49,348 bases of DNA from Phycisphaerae bacterium (GCA_046539045.1 JBKHHU010000001.1:1-49348); one strand, 5' to 3'. Positions 40,291 to 48,226 are shown, counted from the first letter of the stretch. The notes: generated by a model from the letters alone, not told the origin. Made by a program: numbers and translations.

Positions 40291-41067
40291 TTACTTCTTG
40301 CTCTTGCCGGACTTCTGAGAGCTCTTCTTTGAGGATTTCTTCCCGCTCTTCTTGCCGGACTTTTTGGGCTTCTCCGACGTTTTCTCGTCTTCGTCGGGTT
40401 TGTCGGATTTCACGAGTGTCGGATCCGTCGGACGGGCTGTGTCCTCAGACCCGGCGCCGTGTCCTGCCTTTACCTGCTGAGCCACAAGCGTGCGGAAGAA
40501 CTCGTGTGCCGTGAAGGCGTCTTTGGCGCTGATGACGCGTTCGAGGAAGCCCTGGACGTCGGCAAGATCGCTCTCCTCGTCGACGATTTCGTCCTGCTTG
40601 AGGCGGTTGACCAGCGTCTGATCGACGGGGACGGCGTGGGCGTCGAACGAACGCAGCAGGAGCGACGCGGCAGGGTAGTCAGCCATGCCTATTTCCTGAA
40701 AATGCCGCTTCAGGTCGCGCTTGCCCATCTCGTCCATATACTCGAAGGACAGAGAGGAGGTCCGGTCGAACATCGCGCGGAAGACCTTCTTGAGCTGCTG
40801 GGCCTTGGGACGGGCGTCGGGGAAGGTCTTTCCCATGGCAGTGACGATTTCCTTGGTCGGAGAGACCCTCACTTCGTTGTAGTCGACGAATTCGCTCTCA
40901 ATGCCCTCGATGGCCTTCTGGACCCCATCGCGGGTCGCATCGGGCTCCAGTACCGACTCGACGAGCACGCGGAGCGGCTCTTCCTTGTCGGCGGGGTCCG
41001 GTTTGACGGTGGGGGCATCGGCGAGGTACTTCTTCAGCCTCTTCTGGTATTCCTTGGCGTTCTTCAT
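40291..41067 (-). CDS. hypothetical protein: HhH-GPD-like core with a Lys/Ser-rich histone-H1-like C-terminal tail
   Basis: 258 aa. Helical core with EIGMADYPAASLLL (degenerate HhH) and AVPVDQTLVNRL (compare IAVDTHIFRV of endonuclease III). Tail KPKKSGKKSGKKSSKKSSQKSGKSKK. Confidence 0.65.
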   Translation of the reverse strand: MKNAKEYQKRLKKYLADAPTVKPDPADKEEPLRVLVESVLEPDATRDGVQKAIEGIESEFVDYNEVRVSPTKEIVTAMGKTFPDARPKAQQLKKVFRAMFDRTSSLSFEYMDEMGKRDLKRHFQEIGMADYPAASLLLRSFDAHAVPVDQTLVNRLKQDEIVDEESDLADVQGFLERVISAKDAFTAHEFFRTLVAQQVKAGHGAGSEDTARPTDPTLVKSDKPDEDEKTSEKPKKSGKKSGKKSSKKSSQKSGKSKK

Positions 41068-41082
41068 TCAAGCGATCCTGGG

Positions 41083-41550
41083 TTAGGAACCTGTTGACTC
41101 GGATTCAGGATTCGGTTCATTTTCCGCATCGGTCTCAGCGGTGTTTTCCTGATCGTCCTCTTCGGGTTCGCGGAGGCGTTCCTTCTCGTGGATTTCCTCC
41201 ATCGCGGTCTGGATGATCTCAAGCGTCTGGAGGGTCTTTTTGAACCCCTCATCAGCTATGAACTTCAGGTGCGGAGTGAACCGTAGCGAGATCTGCCGCA
41301 TCATGAGTTCCTGCAGGTGTCCGGCCGCGGCATTGAGTCCAGCCAGCGTGCGTCGCTGTTGGGTCTCATCGCCCATGACGGAGACGTACACCTTGGCCGT
41401 CAGCAGATCCGGAGTGACCTCCACTTTTGTGATGGATGTTCGCGCGGGCTCGATCCGCGGGTCGGCGATCTTGCTCAGCAGGATCTGCCCGAGCGTGTTG
41501 CGGATGAGGTTCCCGACGCGTTCGGTTCGGCGATTCATGATATTGTCCAT
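41083..41550 (-). CDS. rbfA: ribosome-binding factor A
   Basis: Track ORF trimmed (ATG 41550 or 41538). RVGNLIRNTLGQILL..ITKVEVTPDLLTAKVYVSV..P.L.F. Acidic C-terminal extension. Confidence 0.85.
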   Translation of the reverse strand: MDNIMNRRTERVGNLIRNTLGQILLSKIADPRIEPARTSITKVEVTPDLLTAKVYVSVMGDETQQRRTLAGLNAAAGHLQELMMRQISLRFTPHLKFIADEGFKKTLQTLEIIQTAMEEIHEKERLREPEEDDQENTAETDAENEPNPESESTGS

Positions 41551-41570
41551 TCGGGTCCGGGCCGAGGGGC

Positions 41571-41858
41571 TCAGACCCACTCTATCTCGGTATCCAGCAG
41601 CACCATCTCGCGGTCCATCGCGGCAGTGTTGACGATTTTCTGCAGCGCACTCTCAACGTAGCTGTGGTCGGACCCGACCATCGCCACGGCCAGCACAACG
41701 TGTCGCGGGTTGTCCTGCATTCCCACCTCCGCGACGGATACGTTGAACTTGTTTCTGGTCCGGTCCCGGAAACTTCGCAGTGCGCGTCTCTTGTCCTTGA
41801 GGCTCCGGGCCCATGGGACCTGGAACTCCACGTGCAATAGTCCAAGCGTCGTTGCCAT
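41571..41858 (-). CDS. DUF503 (YlxP-like) protein
   Basis: 95 aa. LHVEFQVPWARSLKDKR..FNVSVAEVG. Sits at the classic position between infB and rbfA. Confidence 0.8.
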   Translation of the reverse strand: MATTLGLLHVEFQVPWARSLKDKRRALRSFRDRTRNKFNVSVAEVGMQDNPRHVVLAVAMVGSDHSYVESALQKIVNTAAMDREMVLLDTEIEWV

Positions 41859-42116
41859 CGTGCTGCGTGGTCATCCCCACGCTGTCGGAGTTTTCGTTGA
41901 ATCCGTCGATACGGTGAGTCGTGTGTCCGTCGGTTCGTCGACTTCATCCGGAGCGTTTAAGCCCAGGATCCGCAGACCCTGGGCTTTCGGATTCAACCGT
42001 TGTCGCTCGATTTGCAGGAGCGTTTCTTTGCATTGTCGGGCTGACACCTTGCCCACTGCTACGTCGGTTGCTTGAATCCATCCGAAGCCCCAAATGCCCG
42101 CTGCCTCTGGGGCAAA

Positions 42117-44987
42117 CTACAGTTTCCGGGCGACTTCCACCTTCTTGTAGAACTCGAGGATGTCGCCTTCCTTGATATCGTTGTATCCGGCGATCTTCAG
42201 GCCGCATTCCATGTCCGCACGCACTTCGCGGACATCGTCCTTGTACCGCTTGAGGCTGTCCAGTTCGCGTTCGTCCTCAATGACCACACCGGCACGGGTG
42301 ATGCGGACTTTGGCGTTGCGGTTGACCACGCCGTCGGTGACATAGCAACCGGCGATCGTACCCAGACGCGAAACCTTGAATGTCTGGCGGACCTCCGCCC
42401 GGCCGATCGTTTCTTCCTTGATCTCCGGTGCCAGCCCCTCTTCCAGGGCGGTGCGGATGTCCTCGATAATGTGGTAAATCACGCGGTACGTGCGGATTTC
42501 CACACCGGTCTGCTCGGCCAGCTGACGGGCGGCGGCATCGGCGACGACATTGAAGCCGATAATCACCGCGTCGGAAGCTTCTGCCAGCGAGACGTCGCTG
42601 GTGCTGATCGCCCCGACACCGGTGCTCAGAAGGTTGACCTTCGCTTCGTCGGTTCCGACGCCCTCGAGCGAGCCGCGAAGGGCCTCGATCGAACCTTGCA
42701 CGTCGGCTTTGACGATAACCGCCAGTTCGTTGGTTTCGCCCGCTTCGATCTGCCCGAGCAGGTCCTCCAGGCTCCGGCGCGAACTGCTGGCCAGCTCTTT
42801 CTGGCGTTCCTCGCTGCGGCGTTCTTCTGCCACGCGACGGGCTTCGTCCACGTCTTCGACCTGGAAGAACCGGTCGCCGGCAGTGGGCACTTCGCTCAGG
42901 CCCGACACCTCAACAGGGGTGGACGGGCCGGCTTCCTGAATGTCGCTGCCGCGGTCGTCAATCATTGCGCGAACTCTGCCGTAGCCTTTTCCGGCGATGA
43001 GATTGTCGCCGATCCGCAGCGTGCCATCCTTGACCAGCAGCGTGGCGACCACGCCTCGACCCGGATCCATGCGGGATTCGATCACGAAGCCCTGGGCCGG
43101 GGCCTCGGGTTCTGCCTGCAGATCCAGCAATTCCGCTTCCAGAGTCAGCGTCTCCACCAGGTCCTCGATCCCCTGTCCGGTCTCGGCGCTGGTCTCGATG
43201 ACTTCGGTGTTTCCACCCCAGGCCTGCGGGGCCAGTTCGTGCTCAGCAAGCTGGGCCAGTGCCCGTTGCGGGTTGGCGTTGGGCACGTCGATCTTGTTCA
43301 GGGCGACAACGATGGGGACCTTCGCTGCCTTGGCGTGGTTGATCGCCTCGACCGTCTGCGGCATGACACCGTCGTCGGCAGCGACTACCAGCACGACCAC
43401 GTCGGTCATATTCGCACCGCGGGCACGCATGGCTGTGAACGCCTCGTGTCCGGGCGTATCCAAGAAGGTTACGTCCATATCGCCCATCCGGAACCGGTAG
43501 GAGCCGATATGCTGGGTGATCCCGCCGGCTTCGCCACTGGCGACCTGTGCCTGCCGGATGTAGTCCAGCAGCGAGGTCTTGCCGTGGTCGACGTGACCCA
43601 GGAAGGTGACCACCGGTGCACGCTTGACCGTCCGGCCCTTGTCGCGTTCCTGATATTTCTCGATGAGTTCTTCCTCGGCTGTTCTGGCTTTGGTGACGAG
43701 CAGTTCGATACCGTACTCCAGCATGATTTCCTCAGCCAGTTCGGTATCGATGACCTGGTTGATCGTGGCCAGTTGGCCCTTGCCCATCAGTTTACGAATG
43801 ATCTCATTGCCTTTGATGCCCGTGGCGGCAGAAAGGTCCTTGATGTTGACAGGTTCGTCGATCTCGACCTTACCGCTCTGGATCTGCGATCCGCCGCCTT
43901 TGCGTTTGCGTCCGACGGTGGGGCGGTGACGCCTGAGGCCACCGGTGGCCGCGGCAAGGCGCTCGGAACGTTCCAGCAGGTCCTGCTGTCGCCATTCGCG
44001 GAGCTTTTCGCCGCTCTCTGCCCGACCGGATCGCCGACGCGGGCTGCGACGCTTGGGTTTCTTCTTGGTCTTGTCGCTCCGGCCGGCACCGGCACCACCA
44101 CCGCCACCACCGGACGGGGGAGCGGCTTTCTCGGCAGCCATCTCGTCGGCAAGGCTGCGGCGCGGTGCACTCGAACGCGGCGGACGCGGCCCGGCAGCGC
44201 CACCGCCACCGCCACCGCCACGACGGCGATTGCGGGGAAGCGGGACGTACTCGGGTTTCTCGACACGGACGACTTTGGGGCCTCTGAGCTTGGCCGGCTT
44301 GGGCACGACCTGCGGACCGGCGGGAGCGACGTCCTCGTCACTGTCGGACTGGACTTCCTCCGCAGCGGTTTTGGGTTTCTTCTCTTTCTTGCCCTTTTGC
44401 TTCTCGTCCGACGGTTCCTCTTCCTCGGCCTCTTTGGCTTCGGCGGCCACTTCAGCGGGTGCTTCCTCTTCGGAGGTCTCTGCCGTTTCTTCCTCGGCGA
44501 TCGCCTCGACAGCTTCGGCGGCCGGTTCGGCGACCTTCTCCGTCTCGGTCTTCTCCTCGTCCGGTGCCGCTTCTTCGGCAGGCTTCTCTTCGGTCTCTGC
44601 CTCGGGAGCGTCCGCCGCCTCTACCGGTTTCTCCTCGGCCTCTTCCGGAGCCTTGGTTTCGGCTGCTTCTTCGGCGGGTTTCTCTTCGGCCTTCCCGGCG
44701 GATTCCGCGGGAGCCTGTTCGGCGGTTTCTTCGGCGGCAGCGGCCTTTTTCCTGCGGCGCCTCTTCATTGCAGCAGCGCGCGCTTTTTGCAAGTCCACGT
44801 GTTCGGTGGTCTCGACGGCAGTTCCGCCTCCATCTTCAGAGAACCACTCGCGGATAGTCACCTCCTGGCCGACAGACAGGGCGGTCATGTGATTCTTGAT
44901 CGGAAGACCTTCCGCCTTGCACTTGGTCAGGATGGTTTTGCTGGTGACGCCCAATTCTCGGGCCAGTTCAAATACGCGCGTTGCCAA
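42117..44987 (-). CDS. infB: translation initiation factor IF-2
   Basis: 956 aa. IF2_N (RVFELARELGVTSKTIL). Long acidic and Gly/Arg low-complexity linker. GTPase G1-G4 (GHVDHGKTSLLD, DTPGHEAF, NKID). Confidence 0.95.
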   Translation of the reverse strand: MATRVFELARELGVTSKTILTKCKAEGLPIKNHMTALSVGQEVTIREWFSEDGGGTAVETTEHVDLQKARAAAMKRRRRKKAAAAEETAEQAPAESAGKAEEKPAEEAAETKAPEEAEEKPVEAADAPEAETEEKPAEEAAPDEEKTETEKVAEPAAEAVEAIAEEETAETSEEEAPAEVAAEAKEAEEEEPSDEKQKGKKEKKPKTAAEEVQSDSDEDVAPAGPQVVPKPAKLRGPKVVRVEKPEYVPLPRNRRRGGGGGGGAAGPRPPRSSAPRRSLADEMAAEKAAPPSGGGGGGAGAGRSDKTKKKPKRRSPRRRSGRAESGEKLREWRQQDLLERSERLAAATGGLRRHRPTVGRKRKGGGSQIQSGKVEIDEPVNIKDLSAATGIKGNEIIRKLMGKGQLATINQVIDTELAEEIMLEYGIELLVTKARTAEEELIEKYQERDKGRTVKRAPVVTFLGHVDHGKTSLLDYIRQAQVASGEAGGITQHIGSYRFRMGDMDVTFLDTPGHEAFTAMRARGANMTDVVVLVVAADDGVMPQTVEAINHAKAAKVPIVVALNKIDVPNANPQRALAQLAEHELAPQAWGGNTEVIETSAETGQGIEDLVETLTLEAELLDLQAEPEAPAQGFVIESRMDPGRGVVATLLVKDGTLRIGDNLIAGKGYGRVRAMIDDRGSDIQEAGPSTPVEVSGLSEVPTAGDRFFQVEDVDEARRVAEERRSEERQKELASSSRRSLEDLLGQIEAGETNELAVIVKADVQGSIEALRGSLEGVGTDEAKVNLLSTGVGAISTSDVSLAEASDAVIIGFNVVADAAARQLAEQTGVEIRTYRVIYHIIEDIRTALEEGLAPEIKEETIGRAEVRQTFKVSRLGTIAGCYVTDGVVNRNAKVRITRAGVVIEDERELDSLKRYKDDVREVRADMECGLKIAGYNDIKEGDILEFYKKVEVARKL

Positions 44988-45061
44988 GGAAACCTCCCGG
45001 CAGTTTCTTCTGGTACAGCAGTTCAGGATACCGGCCGAAACGCTCGGCCGGGTTTACAACG

Positions 45062-46465
45062 TTATTCCGTCTTCTCTTCCTCGGTCTGCTGGGGCAGTTC
45101 CGGAGTAGGAGTGTCGTCGTGCAGGTCGTTTTGCTCAGCTTCGCCTTCGGAGAGGGTCTCCAGAGCGTTTTCGCCGATGGGCTTGACGGTGGCACCGGGT
45201 TCGCTTCCGGCAGCTTCCGCCTCCTCGGATTCACTCTCGGTCTCTTGGGGCTTGTCGGCCTTGGGGGCGGGGGGTTCGGCGGCTTTTTCCGCTGCCTTGG
45301 CCTTTTCCCTTTTCTTGGCCTGTTCGACTTCCTTGCCCTTCTGGACGCAATGGGCGACGATGGCCCGTGCGATGCCGGCATCCATTTCCAGTTCACTGCT
45401 GAGCGGGTCCGGACCGACTTCTTCGACGTCGTGGATGGTGACCATGCCCATCGCGATGACCTGGTCGACGATCTTCGAATCCACGCCCGTCACCTCACGG
45501 AGGGTCTGCTCCAGCAGGTCCAGACCGTTGTTGAACTCCGTCGGGGTCAGGATGTCGATATCCCAACCGGTCAGGCGGGCGGCGAGGCGGACGTTCTGGC
45601 CTCGCTTTCCAATGGCCAGGGAGAGCTGGTCTTCGGCTACGACCACCGTGGCGCGACCCAACTCGAAGCAGAGAGCGATTTCCGCCACCTCCGCCGGTTT
45701 CAGGGCGTTGCCGATCAGTATCTTGGACGAGTCGTTCCAGCGGACGATATCGATCTTCTCTCCACCGCATTCGTCCACGATGCTCTTGATCCGGCTGCCG
45801 CGGATGCCCACACAAGCGCCGACGGCGTCGACTTTGGCATCGAGGCTGTTGACCGCGACCTTGGTGCGGTAGCCTGCCTCGCGGGCCAGGGCACGGATCT
45901 CGATGATGTTCTCGGCCACTTCGGGCACTTCCAGTTCGAACAGGGCTCGAATGAAGTCCGGATGCGTACGGGTGAGGATGACGCGAACCTGCCCGGGCTG
46001 TTCGCGCACGTCGAGAATCATTGCCCGGACTCGCTCTTCGACCCGGTGGGATTCTCCAGGGATCTGCTCGCTCTTGGGCAGGACAGCTTCGGTCCGGCCC
46101 AGATCGACGATCAGCGAACCGCCTTCCCAGCGGACGCTGCGCCCGGTGGCGATGGTGCCGCGGCGCTCGACATATTCGTCATAGATGCTGTCGCGTTCGG
46201 CTTCCCGGATACGCTGGATGATGACCTGTTTTGCGGTCTGAGCCGCGATTCGGCCCAAGTCACGGACGCTCATTTCTTCGCCGTCGACCGAGGCGCTGAT
46301 TTCGCCGGAAGTGCGATCCACGAGCACGTCGATATCTTCTGCCTGCACGTTGGCCTTGCGGATCGCGGAGAGCATGGCCGCTTCCAGATCTTCGAAGATC
46401 ACTTCGCGATCGATATTCTTCTCGCGGGCCAAGCCGTCGATGAGTCGAATCAGTTCCTGGTTCAT
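45062..46465 (-). CDS. nusA: transcription termination/antitermination factor NusA
   Basis: 467 aa. NTD, S1 (G.IVTG-like region), KH1/KH2 (GACVGIRGSRIKSI, AIGKRGQNVRLAARLTGW). Acidic C-terminal tail. AGGAA Shine-Dalgarno upstream. Confidence 0.95.
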   Translation of the reverse strand: MNQELIRLIDGLAREKNIDREVIFEDLEAAMLSAIRKANVQAEDIDVLVDRTSGEISASVDGEEMSVRDLGRIAAQTAKQVIIQRIREAERDSIYDEYVERRGTIATGRSVRWEGGSLIVDLGRTEAVLPKSEQIPGESHRVEERVRAMILDVREQPGQVRVILTRTHPDFIRALFELEVPEVAENIIEIRALAREAGYRTKVAVNSLDAKVDAVGACVGIRGSRIKSIVDECGGEKIDIVRWNDSSKILIGNALKPAEVAEIALCFELGRATVVVAEDQLSLAIGKRGQNVRLAARLTGWDIDILTPTEFNNGLDLLEQTLREVTGVDSKIVDQVIAMGMVTIHDVEEVGPDPLSSELEMDAGIARAIVAHCVQKGKEVEQAKKREKAKAAEKAAEPPAPKADKPQETESESEEAEAAGSEPGATVKPIGENALETLSEGEAEQNDLHDDTPTPELPQQTEEEKTE

Positions 46466-46527
46466 TAGCGTTCCTATTGCTCTAGCCTGCAGACGGTTAT
46501 GACCTCAAAGAGGCCAAAATCCAGCCG

Positions 46528-46558
46528 ATAAAAAAGGTGGGGTTTCAAGCCCACCTCG
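46528..46558 (-). terminator. intrinsic terminator 62 nt upstream of the nusA start codon
   Basis: Minus strand AGGTGGG CTTGAAAC CCCACCT followed by TTTTTAT. 7-bp stem, 8-nt loop, T-run. Confidence 0.7.
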
Positions 46559-46919
46559 AAGGAGTACAACGCAAGCTGCCGGTCCGTAGCGGTGCTTCCC
46601 GCCCGGACCTATCCTGGTTTGGATCGGTCCCGACAGGACACCCGCCACGGCCTGTAGCAGACCGGGGGTCCCGTGGGTCTGGGGCCCCTCTCTCGAGGCG
46701 CAGCTGGTCGGGGCCTATGCCGCAGCATCTGCCCGTTGCCCTTCCTGAGAAGTCATCAGAAAGCGACTCCCAGTTTCTTTTCCTTCCGGCTGTCCATCCC
46801 TGTCTATCCTTCCGATCCCGGGTCGGCCGGGCCAATGTCCTGGCCGTCGCCTGCCGGGCGGTCTCGGGTTCACAACAAATGCAGTGCTCGCAGGGTACGC
46901 GCACGCACAATAGTCCGAA
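46528..46919 (-). ncRNA. candidate structured non-coding RNA or long nusA-operon leader (unassigned family)
   Basis: Bounded by a near-consensus promoter and an intrinsic terminator. No credible ORF, many strong helices, 16 GGA motifs. Carries an SRP-domain-IV-like string at 46618-46591. Confidence 0.4.
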
Positions 46920-46925
46920 CCAAAG

Positions 46926-46953
46926 ATTATAGAATCTGATTCACGAAGGTCAA
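46926..46953 (-). promoter_or_regulatory. near-consensus sigma70 promoter reading toward nusA
   Basis: Minus strand TTGACC - 16 nt - TATAAT inside a short AT-rich patch. Confidence 0.6.
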
Positions 46954-47197
46954 TGGGAATTTAAAGGTTCCGAGGCATACCTGCGGCGCCGGCTATCAAG
47001 CCAGCCGCCGGGGGGTACACCAAGGCCGCAAACTCGTCAAAACGTGCCGGTTGTTGCTGAGCGGTTCTCGACGGCAGGGGGTGTCGCCGGTAGACTTGGT
47101 GCAAATCGTTACCCGTCGCCTCGGGTTTCTGTGATCGGTGGCGTTATCACCGACGGAGTCCGGGCGTTCTCCTGTCACGAATCGGAGCGAATTGCCG

Positions 47198-48226
47198 ATG
47201 GTCCCGCTCGCCGACATCTGGGCATTCCCGGCCTTGTTCGGGAAGATCTTCTATACCATCGTCCTGCCAATCATGCTGCTGGTCGGCACGGGCTGGCTCA
47301 TCCAGCGGAAACTCGGGCTGGACATGGTCACGCTCAAGCGGCTGAACTTCTACTTCCTCATGCCCGGGATCATCTTTTACTCCGTGATTACCTCCTCCCT
47401 GTCGGGTCAGCAGGTGGTCACCGTGATAGGATTCGCCGTGGCGCTGATCCTGTGCGTGGGCACACTGACGCTGACAGCAGCGGCCGTGTTCAAGATCCCC
47501 AAAAACCAGCGCAGCGCGATGCTGCTGACGACGATCCTGAACAATTCCGGCAACTACGGGCTCCCGCTGCAGCAGTTCGCTTTCGGTGCCAGAGGTGCCC
47601 AGGCAGCGAGCATGCAGGCGTTCGTGATGATCACGCAGAACATTTTCACCTTCACGGTGGGGGTGCTGATCGCCGCCGGGGGACGGAACGGTAAGAGCTG
47701 GAAATCCAACCTGCTGCACGTGCTGAAGTTCCCGCCGGTTTACGCGGTCGTCGCGGGGCTCATCTTCGTGCAGGTAGGCCGGTGGATGAGCCAGGAGCAG
47801 TCGGCGGCCCTGGGCGAATGGCTCACGCCGTTCTGGAAGTATCTTATCTACGTGAAGGATACATTTATCGGGATCGCGCTGGTGACGCTGGGTGCCCAAC
47901 TGGCGCTGATCAAACGTGGCGCGGTCAAGTACCCGGTCGCCCTGAGCGTGGCGTTCCGGCTGGTGCTCGGACCCGCGGTCGGGCTGATCATCATTCACGT
48001 GTTCGACGCGGTCTTCGGGATCAGCGGGTTCACCGCCCGGATGCTCATGGTCGCCTCCAGCACGCCCACTGCCGTCAACTGCATGCTGCTGACGCTCGAA
48101 TTCGACAACCACCCGGAATACACCGCCAAGGCCGTCTTCTGGTCGACCATGCTCAGCCCGATCACCGTCACCGCCGTGGTGTTCCTTACCAAAGTGCAAC
48201 TATTCCCGGTGTTTTCGATGACGTAA
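47198..48226 (+). CDS. AEC (auxin efflux carrier) family transporter
   Basis: Track ORF 47138..48226 trimmed to MVPLADIWAFPALFGKIFYTIVLPIMLLV. About 10 TM segments with a duplicated 5+5 arrangement. GNYGLPL motif. Confidence 0.8.
   Translation: MVPLADIWAFPALFGKIFYTIVLPIMLLVGTGWLIQRKLGLDMVTLKRLNFYFLMPGIIFYSVITSSLSGQQVVTVIGFAVALILCVGTLTLTAAAVFKIPKNQRSAMLLTTILNNSGNYGLPLQQFAFGARGAQAASMQAFVMITQNIFTFTVGVLIAAGGRNGKSWKSNLLHVLKFPPVYAVVAGLIFVQVGRWMSQEQSAALGEWLTPFWKYLIYVKDTFIGIALVTLGAQLALIKRGAVKYPVALSVAFRLVLGPAVGLIIIHVFDAVFGISGFTARMLMVASSTPTAVNCMLLTLEFDNHPEYTAKAVFWSTMLSPITVTAVVFLTKVQLFPVFSMT

Noticed and set aside
41871-42056. 61-aa minus-strand ORF in the infB-DUF503 spacer
   Set aside because: It has no recognisable family (not YlxR/YlxQ-like) and no Shine-Dalgarno, and is only marginally long. 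It is kept as non-coding spacer pending comparative evidence.
42072-45872. 1266-aa plus-strand ORF spanning the infB/nusA region
   Set aside because: It is antisense to two unambiguous housekeeping genes. Its translation is low-complexity and Gly/Arg/Leu/Phe-rich with no motif. This is the classic stop-codon-poor shadow frame of GC-rich DNA.
46715-46756. 13-codon uORF (MTSQEGQRADAAA) preceded by GGGAG inside the candidate RNA
   Set aside because: It is too short and has no regulatory amino-acid codon pattern. The GGGAG belongs to the wider GGA-motif cluster. There is no independent support.
46545-46910. 121-aa minus-strand ORF (TTG start, MCVRVPCEHCICCEPE..) in the nusA-upstream region
   Set aside because: Its composition (Arg/Gly/Pro/Cys) resembles random GC-rich translation. 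It has no RimP-like or other motif, a non-ATG start and no Shine-Dalgarno. The interval is better explained as structured RNA.
46528-46919. RNase P RNA or tmRNA identity for the ~390-nt transcript (the size fits)
   Set aside because: The universal strings are absent. For RNase P these are GAGGAAAGUCCGGGC near the 5' end, the GGUAAGAGCGCACC-like P12 region and ACAGAACCCGGCUUA. For tmRNA they are the tRNA-like GGGG..5' and UCCACCA 3' ends and a resume codon/tag ORF.
46954-47197. Possible riboswitch in the ~200-nt GC-rich leader of the AEC transporter gene
   Set aside because: Several hairpins are present (e.g. UCGGUG-GCGUUAU-CACCGA, GGCU-AUCA-AGCC), but I could not match any known riboswitch core by eye. 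This would need an Rfam scan and is not reported as a feature.
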